From Asterias amurensis (Eukaryota), in NCBI RefSeq assembly GCF_032118995.1, contig NC_092652.1, positions 15,816,336 through 15,871,067 of the forward strand: a DNA stretch of 54,732 bases. The letters are read 5' to 3'. The position numbers were made by a program, and so were the translations under genes. Shown here one piece after another: positions 32,584 through 44,473 of this stretch (position 1 is the stretch's first letter; each line of letters opens with the position of its first letter). A model generated the notes under the pieces. The model was not told where the DNA came from. It worked only from the letters and a program-made list of their open reading frames with translations, and did not search any database.

Positions 32584-32828
32584 ATGATAAATACACAAAT
32601 CCAACCACCCCGCCGAAGTGTGACGGCTTGCCTGAGTACGAGAAGTACGGAGATGCCTGCTTCAAGGTTGACATCATTACTAAGAGGACATTTGAGGAAG
32701 CCAAGACGTTCTGCCAGAAGGATGGAGCAAACGTGGCCTCGATCCGCAACGGTTACGAGCAGGCCAAGTTGCAATCCATGGTCATGAAAGCGGATCAAAG
32801 TGTCTGGATTGGCTTGTATGACGACCCG
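32584..32828 (+). CDS. exon; linker plus CTLD-I N-terminal part (DDKYTNPTTPPKCDGLPEYEKYGDACFKVDIITKRTFEEAKTFCQKDGANVASIRNGYEQAKLQSMVMKADQSVWIGLYDDP)
   Basis: Acceptor ggtatcatttcag, donor gtaatt at 32829. ORF 32511..32942. Confidence 0.85.
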
Positions 32829-32948
32829 GTAATTCAATTGAAAACTTATAATTTACAAAACTCTTCTTGCACTTTCAGTGCGTGCATTTTCTTTTGCATT
32901 TTTAACCTAAAATGCCCAGCTCTTTTAGGTTTTATACATTAGTGTTAA

Positions 32949-33109
32949 GCAGCCGATTTCACGAAACGCTAGGATTAATTCTAACACGAGATAGGACGAG
33001 TAACCTGTCCTAACTTAGGATGGGTTCAATTCGTCCTGGAACTGAACACGCCAAAGTCCAAAGATGAATCCTAAAGTTATAGGAAGAGTTTGGTGAAACT
33101 GACGGCTGG
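32949..33109. mobile_element. MITE family D copy
   Basis: gcagccgatttcacgaaacgctagg ... tttggtgaaactgacggctgg. Confidence 0.7.
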
Positions 33110-33227
33110 TCATTGAGCCAATGTCATTCCTGTAGTTTTTCTCAGCTCCCCAAGGAGTATAAAGTCTCGGGCTGCTGTGGTTCCAAAGGCTTTTTCAAAC
33201 CAACCTCCTCCTTTGCAGGGCCCAGTT

Positions 33228-33461
33228 TCATAGAGCTGCTAAAAGCACAAAAATTTGCTAAGTATGAAATTTCTTCCCCGATAAAAACAGGATTACCAGC
33301 CAAATTTCCATTTGTTGCATACTGCTTGTTACTGGTATTCAGCTTTTGTTTGCCTATCCTGAAAATCACATGGAAATTTGGTTGGTAAACGTGTTTTAAT
33401 CTAGGAAGAAATTTCATGCCAAGCAAATTTGTGTGCGTAGCAGCTCTATGAAATTGGACCC
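33228..33461. mobile_element. MITE family C copy
   Basis: gggcccagtttcatagagctgctaaaagc ... gtagcagctctatgaaattggaccc. Confidence 0.75.
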
Positions 33462-33645
33462 AGGTACCCATTTATAACCCTAGGTGAGAAGAGAAGCAAT
33501 TATATTAAAGTATCTGGCTCAATACAAGGACACAAGTGTCATGACCAGGATTCAAACCCACTCTTTAACCATCTACACTTTAGTTGATGTTCTACTAAAC
33601 CACTCTGCCATGACTCCCTTTTTCTACTTATTTTATCTCCTGTAG

Positions 33646-33826
33646 GCTACTGGAGTATTTACGTGGATAGACGGCTGGCCATTGTACTACACCAACTGGG
33701 GCTGGTTGTCTCCTATAGGTTTACCATGTGCCGTCATGAAGGAAGGTGGATTTTTCACTGAGGCGGGCGAATGGTCAAACGTAGGATGCGGTATGAAGTC
33801 ATACACCGCTTGCAAATACACCACAG
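33646..33826 (+). CDS. exon; CTLD-I C-terminal part (ATGVFTWIDGWPLYYTNWGWLSPIGLPCAVMKEGGFFTEAGEWSNVGCGMKSYTACKYTT)
   Basis: Acceptor ttatctcctgtag, donor gtaggc at 33827. No canonical sugar triad. Confidence 0.85.
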
Positions 33827-34717
33827 GTAGGCAAGGGTTAACCCTGTAGAGAGGGCTGCTGACAGCTCATGCTGACTTTAGGCAAAGTCACACTGCAGCG
33901 ATAACAAAAGCGATAACGATCTTGAAGCAAAGAGAATACTTTCCATTGGGTGAATTACTCCACGCAGAATACGCACACGCTCATTAAATCAATAGGATGC
34001 GTTCTCTTGACGTCGTGATCGTTATTGTTTCTGTTTTTCCATTGTTAAAGGCACTCTCTTAAACAGCCAATAAAGGATGATCTCAAATATATAGATATTT
34101 CTAACAGCTGCAGTCCATACAGGAAACATAAAAAATATAACGAGTCTCTTACCTGACGTTAAACATGGTAAAAATGGGTTTTTGCCAGAACGCTCCAAGC
34201 CAAATTTCTGAAAAAACGTGGGGTCAAACAAGCCCGTGCGACAAAGGAATCGTGATGTCAGTGGCGGCTATTTTGAGTGGAAATGCCAAAGCTGGAGAAT
34301 TGTGTTCAAACCAATAGGGGATAATCGTCACTGGCGTCCAGGGTCATCATAATAGATAAGCCGTTTTTGACTCTCGGTTGAAAAAGCCGCGCGGCCGGGT
34401 GCATTTTTGACTCAAGTTATTTATTACTAAATGCAAATTTTGAGAGTAAAATGGTTATTAACCGGTATCTGCAATGTCTATTTGGCCATAGAAAGGTAAC
34501 AGTTGACATATTGAGATCATCCTTTATTGGCTCTTTAATATTTATGCATGACGTCATAATTCTCACCCAAAATGAGGCTATTGGCACACATCCCCCATCA
34601 CTTGCAGTGGCTGTGTCCATTACCTCATTTTGGATTGATTAGTAAGAAAGGCCTATTGTGTTGGCTTAAAAACTTGGTTACAGCTCCCTCTGAAGTAGCC
34701 TAGTGTTTGAGAAAAAA

Positions 34718-34946
34718 AGTAAATTCTCACTCAAATTCTTTAATTGAAATCAAGACCTCAGCTGAGGTCTCGAAATCAACCATCTGAAAGCACAGCTTGT
34801 GCGAAAAGGGTGTTTTTTCTTCCACTATTCTCTTTTGACCAATTGAGCTCAAATTTTGACAGGTTTGTTATTTTATGCATATGTTGAGACACATCAAGTG
34901 AGAAGATTGGTCTTTGACAACTACTGATAGTGTCCAGTGCCTCTAA
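34718..34946 (-). mobile_element. MITE family B copy, reverse orientation, truncated
   Basis: Reverse-complement similarity to the MITE-B internal region and TIR. Confidence 0.65.
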
Positions 34947-35605
34947 CTGCATTCTACACACATTCATAGTGCCATGATATCCTAAGCTGGACCATACCAC
35001 TCGTCATAGAGGGGTTGTCAATCAAGTGGTGTTATAAAATGATTTGGTAGAAGGGGGTAGGACAAAAATCTGCCAGCATCCTCTGTTTACAAAATCGGTA
35101 TTTCAATTGTCAATGGTAGCTGAAACCAAACTATTACACTTTTAAAACACAAACAATGTTTCATTAAACCAGGAAACAGGGTTTGCTTTCGTGGGTGATT
35201 CAGGTAATGAAAACGAGCGATATTCAAGCACAAACAACACATTTCTGATGTAATGGTTTAACCCTTTGATGCGCAAGGCGGACACTAGACGCTACCGACC
35301 ACCAAAAACATGACAAATTACACTTTGATAAATGGTCATAACTTAAAAACTAACACCCAAATATACCGCCCTCATTCAGTTGAATAGTTCTTTTTTTTCT
35401 TTCTTTTAAATTAAATCTTCGCACCAAAGGGGTAAACTTAATCCAAAAAAAACAAAACATGGTTCCATTAACCAAAGATTCAGTGTTTGCTACCAATGGG
35501 TGATTCAGGTAATGAAATAGAGCAATATTCTAATAATTTGAACTTTATTGGGGTTTTTGTTTGCTTGTTTTTACTATTTTTTGTTGTTTGATTTTACGAA
35601 TGCAG

Positions 35606-35866
35606 CGGTCCCACCAACCAAGGTTCCAGATTCAGAAGGCAAGTGTCCAGACGATTGGACAGCATATGGATCCAGCTGTTACATCATGGGATCTGGGTTC
35701 TTCTCTACAGGCTCATTCCCAGAGGCACGGTATGACTGTCAGACAAACTACGGAGCGGATCTGGCCACCATCAGCAGCAAGGACGAGAACCACTTTGTGT
35801 TGGGACTGGCTCAGAAGTCATTTGACGTGTCGTGGCTGATCATGGGGCTTCATCGAAGTAACAATG
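35606..35866 (+). CDS. exon; linker plus CTLD-J N-terminal part (AVPPTKVPDSEGKCPDDWTAYGSSCYIMGSGFF...DLATISSKDENHFVLGLAQKSFDVSWLIMGLHRSNN)
   Basis: Acceptor attttacgaatgcag, donor gtaaga at 35867. ORF 35548..35973. Confidence 0.85.
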
Positions 35867-36087
35867 GTAAGATGCAAGAATTGCATTGTTTCACTCTGTT
35901 TGTGAAGCCAAGAATTCTCACAAAATTTATTAGCTCAATTTCTAAACTAGCCAAGTACCTCGTGAAGAGATAAAAAAGTAGAAGATTTCAGGAAAAGCCC
36001 AGATAATTTACTAAAGGGAAGATCTCTGCAATCGGATTGGGACTGATGAAAGCTCAATCAACATAGTGCTCCCAGAAGGATTTGAAC

Positions 36088-36263
36088 CAGCCGTTGATTT
36101 CACAAAACTCTTCCTAACTTAAGACTAATCTTAGGACTTAGGACGAGTCCCAGCCTTGCACTGTAGCATGCAGACCTTAAGATTAATCCTAAGTTAGGAT
36201 GAGTTACTCGCCTATCCTAACTCGAGATAAGACAAGTCCTAACTCTTTGTGAAATTGACCCCT
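36088..36263. mobile_element. MITE family D copy (inside an intronic tandem duplication)
   Basis: cagccgttgatttcacaaaac ... ctttgtgaaattgacccctg. Confidence 0.7.
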
Positions 36264-36450
36264 GATTGTGAAGCCAAGAATTCTCAGAAAATTGAACTCA
36301 ATTGCTAAACTAGCCAAGTACCTCATGAAGAGAAGAAAAAGTAGGAGATTTCAGGAAAAGCCCAGATAATTTACTAAAGGGAAGATCTCTGCAATCGGAT
36401 TTGGACTGATGAAAGCTCAATCAACATAGTGCTCCCAGAAGGATTTGAAC

Positions 36451-36596
36451 CAGCCGTCGATTTCACAAAAATTCTTCCTGACTTTAGATTAATCTTAGGA
36501 CTTAGGACGAGTCCCAACCCTGCACTGTAGCATGCAGACCTTAAGATAAATCCTAAGTTAGACGAGTCCTAAGCTCTTTGTGAAATCGACGGCAGG
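36451..36596. mobile_element. MITE family D copy with an internal deletion (second unit of the tandem duplication)
   Basis: cagccgtcgatttcacaaaa ... ctttgtgaaatcgacggcagg. Confidence 0.7.
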
Positions 36597-36680
36597 GTCC
36601 TAGAGGTGAGGATGGGGAAAGGTACTTTTTAAGCCAACCTAAACTACCAAATGACAAACAAATGTCTCTGACGTTTGCAG

Positions 36681-36848
36681 GTGGCTGGAAGTGGATTGAT
36701 GGCTCCCCAGTGGCTTTTACCAACTGGGCTAATGGCGAGCCTGACGATGACTCGGCAGGGTGTGCAGAAATCTGGCCAGATTCGCAGGGCAAATGGTTTG
36801 ACGTATCCTGTACTGTCAATAGCCACTATGTCTGTGAGATGCCAAAAT
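36681..36848 (+). CDS. exon; CTLD-J C-terminal part with EPD...WFD (GGWKWIDGSPVAFTNWANGEPDDDSAGCAEIWPDSQGKWFDVSCTVNSHYVCEMPK)
   Basis: Acceptor gacgtttgcag, donor gtaagt at 36849. ORF 36662..36886. Confidence 0.85.
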
Positions 36849-37277
36849 GTAAGTTACATTCATCTTTAATATTTTCTTCTTCTTGAAGCCCCTTACTACT
36901 TAAAGTGGTTTTCAGCCTTGTTTGGGACAAATTTGCATGAGACAAGAATAAATTAAACAAACACTACCAGTACTTGGTATTGGTGTGAATCTGTATATTC
37001 TACTTTAAATACTTTGTATTGTTGTTGTCCGCTTGGTTGTCTGTTTTTTCTGTCCTGTAAGGCATCCCCCCCCCCAACTTCAAGCTCTGTTTTTTCGGGA
37101 TTTACCCACACATTACTCCCCCTTTAAGTTTTTATTTATTTAATGTCCATGTTGTATGCCTCTGCTGAGTGTTAGTTTACTTTATATTCAGTAGTTGTCT
37201 ATTTTCGTCTTTCTGTGATATGGAAATAAATGTTATACGAATGAATGAAAATGCAGACAGATTTACACATGACTGAA

Positions 37278-37410
37278 AGCCCGGTTCATACTTCTTGCAA
37301 GTGTGAATGCGATACTAATGTTACGTCACAAACTCAAAAAGAATAAATCAAAAGAGTTGAATTGTGTGCCACTCCTGCGAAGTATTGGCAGAGAAAACAG
37401 GGCTGTGTGA
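37278..37410. mobile_element. MITE family F partial or degenerate copy
   Basis: aagcccggttcatacttcttgcaagtgtgaatgcgata... Confidence 0.5.
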
Positions 37411-37771
37411 CGCATTTGCATTGAGTATTAATTGGGCTTTTACATGGAGTAAAAATGGCTATTGTGGGAAAATATGTTTGCCTAAAATGATTTAGTTTTT
37501 GAAAAATGAGTAAAACATTTAGAGCATGTTTGAAAACAGTGAAAAGTATTTTTTAACTGTATTTTTTGCGACCTCAATGACCGATTGAGCTTTTATGGCT
37601 ATGTTATTTTATTTGTGTATTGGTGGTTCTCAAAAAAACGGTAAGGCCCTACTGGTCTTTGCTAACTACCATTTCTTTTTCAGTGTATTTAAATTTTAGC
37701 TGCATATATATGTGACTGTTTCTTTTAAAATTCCTGTTGACCTAACTTGTATATTTGTGTTTGTTCCACAG

Positions 37772-37807
37772 TGCCTCTTTTCACAACAGAAGCACCCTTC
37801 ACTAAAC
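37772..37807 (+). CDS. 36-nt linker exon (LPLFTTEAPFTK), phase 1-1
   Basis: Acceptor gtttgttccacag, donor gtaaga at 37808. Confidence 0.65.
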
Positions 37808-38876
37808 GTAAGACAACAATTTGATTTGAGTAATGGTCATCTTTTTTATGGAATTATTCACCAAGGGTGTTATGAGCTATGTGTAACATTGTGCTCATCA
37901 TCACAATATGAAGAGCCGTTTTCTGTCCTGGGTCGGCACCTAACTTCTGCAAATTGGCTGTGTTGAGATTTAACTTCAATTCTGGCTAACCCCAGTGCCA
38001 TTTGATCAGCGATCAGCACTTCATTGTGTCAAACTGTTTATATAGTTAGGCAGCATAACACACAAACCAATAACAATCGTGCATTTTATGATAACAGCCA
38101 GGGATTTGGTATATAGGTAAATTAATGTGTTACAAAAATATTTGGATATTGGGCCATTTCAATTTCTGCTCCTAGCGGCTTTGGCGGCCATTTTGAAAAT
38201 GGAAAACCTTCTTTAATGTGACTTCTATGAGGCTATGATACTGTTAAACTGGTCTGCAAAGGTGTTGGCAACTATAACCCAACTAGCTAAGGGCATTTTG
38301 GTCCTCTTCTTGAATGCACTGAAAAACTGCTCTCAGAACTGGACACAGAAGCTAGATTACCCCATCAAGGCCCTTGGCCTGATTTCAAAGAGCTGCTGAA
38401 GCAAAACATATTGCTTACTTTTCTGCTTACCAGAATGATCAGGATAGCATTCACAAATTGAACATATTAAACATTTTGGGTGGTCACCTTACCCAAGCCT
38501 ATATCCGTATGGACTGTAAAAGGGATAACCCTGTTTCAGCCCTAGGAGTAGGTGGCAACGGGCTCTAGAATTTTTTTTATTGTAACCCACACCTTGACGC
38601 GGCCTTCAGGCCTTGTTTGTCTGGTGACTTGTATAACAATTTTTTATTTTAAATTCTGGTATGCATAATTTTGTTTTGCTCAGCTAGATTTTGTTTTTTA
38701 TGTAGCTCTGTGAAATCTGCGCCCTCGCGTAGCGTATTGCTGCGGCACATGGACAGCATAAGACACTTGAAGCCGAACATCGATGCTTGAATATACAATC
38801 GTATTAAAACATGAACTGCATAGAGGACACCAAGTTTGACATTTTGTTTTAATTTTATTTTATCTGAAGCAAAAAG

Positions 38877-39125
38877 TCGCATCCCCTTAAGGTGATCACC
38901 TAGCTGCCGCCTCCCAGGTTGTATCGTAATTTGGGTGTGATCCCTGGCTACACGGCAGTTAACGGTTGTATGGCTTCTGACTGGCACCCCCGAACAAAGA
39001 TATTGACAACATAGGGACACCGCCAATATAGGGCTAGATAGCTCAGTTGGTAGAGCGCCGACACGTTAATCCGGATGTCGTTGGTTCGAATCCCACTCTA
39101 GTCAATTCTTTGTTCAACCCCCCCC
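38877..39125 (+). mobile_element. SINE family 3 copy; tRNA-like unit at 39034-39110
   Basis: Conserved upstream module plus gggctagatagctcagttggtagagcgccgacacgttaatccggatgtcgttggttcgaatcccactctagtcaa. Confidence 0.65.
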
Positions 39126-39169
39126 CTAAATTTTTTTATTTTATCTGACATTACATTTTTTCTAACCAG

Positions 39170-39339
39170 CACCGTATTGTCCAACGGACCCTGATTGGCT
39201 ATTTGTTAGTCCATACTGCTACTATGTAGAGGACAGCAAAGAGAAGACATGGTATGATGCTGAAGCATGGTGTAACACCAAAGGAGGCTACCTGGCATCA
39301 ATACACGACGATCAGGAGCAGATACTTGTCAAAGGATTG
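39170..39339 (+). CDS. exon; CTLD-K N-terminal part (PPYCPTDPDWLFVSPYCYYVEDSKEKTWYDAEAWCNTKGGYLASIHDDQEQILVKGL)
   Basis: Acceptor ttttttctaaccag, donor gtacgt at 39340. Confidence 0.85.
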
Positions 39340-39696
39340 GTACGTTCTCATTTGTCTTCTGATCATTTTAGGTACAAGAACTAAAGCCTTATGCCCACAG
39401 TATAAATATATATAATATTTTGTTGAGCTTGTCTGTTTTCCTTTATTTTAACCCTGCGCTGCAGTATGCCAGATTCCATGCAGCAACAAAAGGTTGTACG
39501 GTCCTCGACCCTACAGTGACAAATTGCGACAAATTGCTTGCAAAACTGATTTTGGTAGCACATCACAAGCTGTCATTAATTTTAAGAGTGAATTCCAAAT
39601 GTACATCTTCCATTTAAAGCTCCGGATAAGGTAGAACAATAAGTGGCACATTTTTTGTTACAATAGTTTTTATCAACTTCTCTATTTTTCCTTCAG

Positions 39697-39770
39697 ACTC
39701 CATACTCCTACAATTATTTCTGGATCGGATTAAAGAAACTTGACGATAGTAACAGTGTTGATGAATACAG
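39697..39770 (+). CDS. exon; CTLD-K middle (TPYSYNYFWIGLKKLDDSNSVDEY)
   Basis: Acceptor tttttccttcag, donor gtaggt at 39771. Confidence 0.8.
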
Positions 39771-39799
39771 GTAGGTTCATTTTCCATGTATAATAAGTG

Positions 39800-40072
39800 A
39801 TATTTATAAAACGCTTTATACATCAGAAGGGTGTCTCAAAGCGCTGAAACATACAGTGTTTTATGCGCACTGTAATGGTTTACAAGGTGCTGTGACGCAA
39901 TATGCCGCCATCCAGCCAGGAACACCGGGCGAACCCCTTCTCTTTTCGATAAGTGCACTAGGTTCTTTTATCACAACACACGGGACCAACGGGTTAATGT
40001 CTCATCCGAAGGACAAAGCAATGATTAGGTGTCTTGCTTTAAGGGCACAAGTGGCACGGCTGGGGATGTATA
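39800..40072 (-). mobile_element. SINE family 2 copy, reverse orientation
   Basis: Reverse-complement similarity. Accounts for ORF 39856..40125. Confidence 0.65.
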
Positions 40073-40880
40073 GAGAGAGAGAGGCAGAATGCAAACGAGA
40101 AAACCAAGGGGTAAGCAATAAATAAGGGGATAAAAGAGTGGTTTGGAGTTGACTGCATGAAGTTGAAACACAGAGGACAGAGGGAGAACAAATATTTCAG
40201 TGGTGAATAAGGCAGACTAAAATGGAGATATCTTTTGGAAAGGGAGAAGGAAAAGACAAAAAAAATCTATTAGTCATTTTCTTGTTAGATGTTCAAACCA
40301 TTGGATTGAATGTTCTGAAGGCGCCTAATCCACAGTTTCTCCTTACTCAACGAACAATCTCTCGGTGGTTAGCTATTACCTCAATGCTTTGTAAAATCAT
40401 TTCAGGAATGGAATGATTAGGAATATTGAAGTGATGTCCTTACAGGTGTGTCCAGCTTTTGGGTCTTGACTGTGGATCTGTGGCCGTAGAAGTGCCTCTT
40501 GATTGTAGTTCTTGTTTCACCTACATGTATATATTGAAAACCACAAGCTTTGCAAGATATCAGATAGATGCGATCAGTGGTTATGGAGGTGACATGACCC
40601 CTTGATTGTCTTATGGGTATGGCTGGTGAAAGAGTGAGATTCCCTGATGTATTTTCTACAGACGTTGCATTTGGAGATGTTGGAACATCTGAAAGTTCCC
40701 TGTGGTAGGAAACCTCTGATGGTCGCCTTCAACTCATCCCAGTCCAGCATCAGAGTTCTAAGCTCAGTGGTTTCGTGTTGCGTCCTTCTTCAGCTTGTCT
40801 ACGAGTGTAGTAATGTCTTACAGGTGTATCCAGCTTATAGGTGCGTTGACTGATAATGATTTGAATGATTTCATTTACAG

Positions 40881-40975
40881 GTGGAGTGATTCGTCACCAA
40901 GTGACTTCACTAATTGGGATTATGGACAACCCAATGACGGCCTGGGAATGCAGAAATGTGTTGACATGGCGGATG
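40881..40975 (+). CDS. exon; CTLD-K with QPN (RWSDSSPSDFTNWDYGQPNDGLGMQKCVDMAD)
   Basis: Acceptor gatttcatttacag, donor gtaagt at 40976. ORF 40795..41118 has the same frame. Confidence 0.8.
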
Positions 40976-41019
40976 GTAAGTCGCTCCTTCTAGGTGCACC
41001 CGAGTCTGGTCCCCTGTCT

Positions 41020-41575
41020 TTCAGGGCCAAATTTTATAGTGCTGCTTACTGGACACAATTAGTAATTGTCAAAGACCAGTCTTCTCACTTCGTGTATCTC
41101 AAAATATGCACAGAATAACAGACCTGAAAATTTGAGTACAGTTGGTCGTCGAAGTTGCGAGATAATAATGAAAGAAAAACACCCTTGTCACACGGGGAGT
41201 TGCTTTGATTTTGAGACCTCAAAATCTAATTCTGAGGTCTCGAAATCAAATTCATGGAAAGTTACTTCTTTCTTGAAAACTATGAGGGAGCCGTTTCTCA
41301 CAATGTTTTATACTATGAACAGCTCTCCATTGCTTGTTACAAAGTAAGTTTTTATGCTAACAATTATTTTGATTAATTACCAATACAGTCTTCTGCCTTT
41401 TATGGCAGATTTTGTGCTTACTGTACAATTTCCATTTCATAGCTAACCGTAAGCATATGAAAAGGCGTGCTAACTGTCCTGCGCTTACTGCACGAAAATG
41501 CATGACGACACATGTAAATCCCTAACCTGTAATATGCGCTTCTGCTTAAGCAAATTATTCTGTTGCAGCTAGCAT
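41020..41575. mobile_element. MITE family C copy split by a nested MITE-B insertion
   Basis: gggccaaattttatagtgctgcttac at 41020-41046, rest at 41398-41575. Similar to 30627-30886. Confidence 0.65.
41047..41397 (+). mobile_element. MITE family B copy nested inside a MITE family C copy
   Basis: Interrupts the MITE-C element spanning 41020-41575. Accounts for ORF 41066..41347. Confidence 0.7.
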
Positions 41576-41639
41576 AAAAATTTTCGTCTTGGTCATTTTG
41601 TTTGTTGGTTAAATATTTGACTTGTTGTTTTGTCCGCAG

Positions 41640-41900
41640 ATGGCTTATGGGGTGATACTAACTGTGGTATAGAACAGCACTTTGTTTGCAAGAAAGATTA
41701 CAATAACAAGGTTCCGATTGTGAAGCCTGACCCTCCGCCCGCAGAAGGTAACTGCCCCAATGGGTGGTTCAAGATCGACAAAGGTTGCTACCAGATCAAC
41801 GGAGACACCAGTGATTTCAAGACGTGGGACAACGCTCGCACTGCGTGTAAGGCAAACGAGGGAGGAGGCCTTGCATCCATTCATAATCAAGCGGTTCAGT
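41640..41900 (+). CDS. exon; CTLD-K C-terminus (DGLWGDTNCGIEQHFVCKK), linker, and CTLD-L start (NCPNGWFKIDKGCYQING...GGGLASIHNQAVQ)
   Basis: Acceptor ttttgtccgcag, donor cagt|gtaagt at 41901. ORF 41630..41917. Confidence 0.85.
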
Positions 41901-41949
41901 GTAAGTCTGCCGTTTAACAATGTAATAATAATAATAGTTTGAGAGACTA

Positions 41950-42262
41950 ATCATCCTTACCCGCAGGTATGAGCTGAAATGTGAAGGACGCGGCTACAAC
42001 GTCTTCGAGAAGCAGGCATGCCAGGGCGCCTTTGGCAGCCAGCCACATCAACCCATTTTGACCACGGAGCACAGCCAGAGATCGAAAGTGTTTGATTTTT
42101 CCCGAGGGAGGAAAACCTGATGGTCTGGAAAACCCTAGTGGCACAGCAAAGAACCAACGCACAACGCAACCCACATTATGGCCCTGGCCGGGTATCAAAC
42201 CAGGGTCACCTTGGTGAGAGGCGAGCGTTTTACGCACAAGCCAACCATGCCCCCAAATCATA
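41950..42262 (-). mobile_element. GC-rich repeat with a tRNA-Glu-like head (minus strand), probably a SINE
   Basis: Reverse complement ..cgctcgcctctcaccaaggtgaccctggtttgatacccggccagggcca resembles the tRNA-Glu anticodon, T-arm and acceptor. Accounts for ORFs 41947..42261(-), 42120..42320 and 42178..42585. Confidence 0.4.
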
Positions 42263-42470
42263 TGTCTTATGTAAGATGGTGGGGTTTCGTTGTGAAACGG
42301 TTTGGGGCGATGGACTCTAGTTCTGTAATTTATAATCCTATATTGTATATAAGATGTCGGGATGTCGCGGCCGAACAGTTTTGGGCAGTGGACTCAAGTT
42401 GTGTAGTATTCAATCCTATATCTTATGTAAGATGGTTTGGGGCGACAGACTCGAGTTTTGTTATTTACAG
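42260..42470. repeat. minisatellite, ~68-bp unit x ~3
   Basis: Repeated ..tttggggcgatggactctagttctgtaatttataatcctatattgtatataagatg.. Explains the repeated AVDSSCVVFNPISYVRW in ORF 42178..42585. Confidence 0.75.
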
Positions 42471-42647
42471 AATAAAGGTTCAAATCGGGGCCTGCTCAGT
42501 TGTTTCAAATTTTTATTTTTCGGAATTTCTGGAGAAGCTTTTGGAAAGACAAAATGAAATCCAACCAATTCAATCTGTGAAATAAAGACAAGTATAAAAC
42601 GTTAAAGATTGACCAAACAGGGTTGATGTGTTTGTTTTTGTTTACAG

Positions 42648-42796
42648 CTTTATTGACCTCGTTGATGAAGTTCTCCACTGGGAACCTGTGGACTGGACTA
42701 AGCAACAAAGTGGGATACTATTATGAGTATCATTGGTCTGATAACTCCAATGTTGACTTCCAGCACTGGGCTAGCAACCAACCCAGCTATCCCTAT
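42648..42796 (+). CDS. exon; CTLD-L middle (SLLTSLMKFSTGNLWTGLSNKVGYYYEYHWSDNSNVDFQHWASNQPSYPY)
   Basis: Acceptor tttgtttacag, donor gtaagt at 42797. ORF 42623..42931. Confidence 0.8.
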
Positions 42797-42924
42797 GTAA
42801 GTAGTAATAAGTTACATCCAGTAGTTATAATAATAATATCAAAATCTTATATAGCGCACGTATCTACCAAACAAGGTACTCAGCAAACACAAACTTTCAG
42901 AAAGATAGGTTATTGCAGTGATGA

Positions 42925-43385
42925 ATTCTGAGACCCACTGATTTAGCTATGGCGTATACAGCAGCCACAGCCAGGAACACTGGGGCAAACCCCTTCTCTT
43001 TTCGATAAGTGCACAGCCGTCGATTTCACAAAACTCTTCCTAACTTAAGACTAATCTTAGGACTTAGGACGAGTCCCAACCCTGCACTGTAGCATGCAGA
43101 CCTTAAGATTAATTCTAAGTTAAGAAGAGTTACTCGTCCTAACTCGAGATAAGACGAGTCCTAACTCTTTGTGAAATCGACGGCTGGGTTCTTTTACATA
43201 CATTACACATCACGTAGGACCAACGGCTTTATGTCCATTCCAAAGGACGGAGCAATGGTTGAGTGTCTGGCTTAAGGACACAAGTGTCACGGCTGGGGAT
43301 TCGAACCCACACTCTGCTGATCAGAAACACCCGCCACAAATTTGATGCTCCTAACCTCTCGGCCATGACACTTCCAGTAGTGACA
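42925..43385 (-). mobile_element. SINE family 2 copy, reverse orientation, carrying the nested MITE-D (43017-43186)
   Basis: Flanks align to 39830-40072 when the MITE is removed. Confidence 0.7.
43017..43186. mobile_element. MITE family D copy nested inside a reverse-oriented SINE
   Basis: Interrupts the SINE segment ...cttttcgataagtgcac | ... | ggttctttt. Compare the intact copy at 39930-39960. Confidence 0.75.
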
Positions 43386-43532
43386 CTCTATCAGCTTTTT
43401 TCTACTACATGAATCTATGTTCTTACAAGCACTTAGGAATCCTACGCACTGCTTTCCTAGAAATGTGTGGCTACATTCAGATGAACCTTACAATGTTCAG
43501 CTTCATCAGCACTTGAATTTCATCTTTGTAGA

Positions 43533-43875
43533 GTGTCGCGGCCGAGTGGTTAAGAGCATCGAATTCAAGTTCTGGTGCAGTCACCGGAGTGTGGGTCTGA
43601 ATCCTGGTCGAGACAGTTGTCTCCTTGAGCAAGATACTTTACTATAATTGCTTCTCTTCACCCAGGGGTATAAATGGGTACCTGCGAGGGTAGAGGTTGA
43701 TACTGTGAATGAAAAGCTTTCGGAGCGCCACAGCATCTCGGGGCTGTAAACTCCCTAATGGGAGCTGAGAAAGATTAAAGGGATGTTTATTGGCCCAATG
43801 ACCATGGGACTAATGTAAAGCGCACTGATACGGTTTATTGTGAAATGCGCTATATAAGAATTTGTTATTATTATC
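43533..43875 (+). mobile_element. SINE family 1 full copy
   Basis: Head gtcgcggccgagtggttaagagcatcg...ggagtgtgggtctgaatcctggtcgagac. Tail gcgctatataagaatttgttattattatc. Accounts for ORF 43417..43647. Confidence 0.75.
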
Positions 43876-44108
43876 TTTGAGAGGACAAGGCCATTTTCAT
43901 TTTCCCAAAGGGCATTTCCATAGGAAAGTCTCTCAGAATGTTATGATGGGCACCAAGGCCAAAACCAGGGCAACAGAACAGAATACATGGCCTCAGTAGT
44001 GGCCACTGTGTAATTCCAGGCCTATATTGAAAAAAAAATGTTTACTTTGTAATTATTATTTTTGTCACAATATAATGTTGTATACTGTGTCCTGTTTGTC
44101 TAACGAAG

Positions 44109-44214
44109 GTTGATACTGCTTGTGGAGTTTTGGTGAATGATCCATCATACCCTGGCAGATGGGACGATGTTGACTGCTCTGAACAACATGGCTACCTTTG
44201 CTACAAACCCTTGG
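44109..44214 (+). CDS. exon; CTLD-L C-terminus (VDTACGVLVNDPSYPGRWDDVDCSEQHGYLCYKPL)
   Basis: Acceptor ctgtttgtctaacgaag (AG 44107-44108), donor gtaaga at 44215. Phase fit with neighbours. Acceptor context is weaker than the others. Confidence 0.7.
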
Positions 44215-44473
44215 GTAAGATACAAACTTGTTTTTAGAAAAAAAATGTCTTTATAAAGGTTTTTCGCTAGTTCTGTTTCCCTCCTGTGCCCAATTTCAAG
44301 TTAACAAGCAGGACAGTTATTTTTTAGGACAGAGAAGTCTCCTGAATTCCGAAAATTTTATTCCGCGGTAGTAGACAAACTCTTCTGAACTTCAAAAGAC
44401 TACTTCCCGGTAGTAGAATATAAAACAAGACAAGTTCTCACAAGAACATAATCTACCAAGCAAGTAGATACAC

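Larger units (their letters stand above)
35895..36600. repeat. intronic tandem segmental duplication (two ~390/320-bp units, each containing a MITE-D copy)
   Basis: 35895-36283 and 36284-36600 are ~90% identical (gattgtgaagccaagaattctca..aaaatt..). Confidence 0.8.

Noticed and set aside
42178-42585. 135-aa plus ORF with internally repeated AVDSSCVVFNPISYVRW peptide, and the overlapping 104-aa minus ORF
   Set aside because: Generated by a GC-rich tRNA-Glu-like repeat (41950-42262) followed by a 68-bp minisatellite (42260-42470). No splice-compatible boundaries fit the phase of the flanking CTLD exons.
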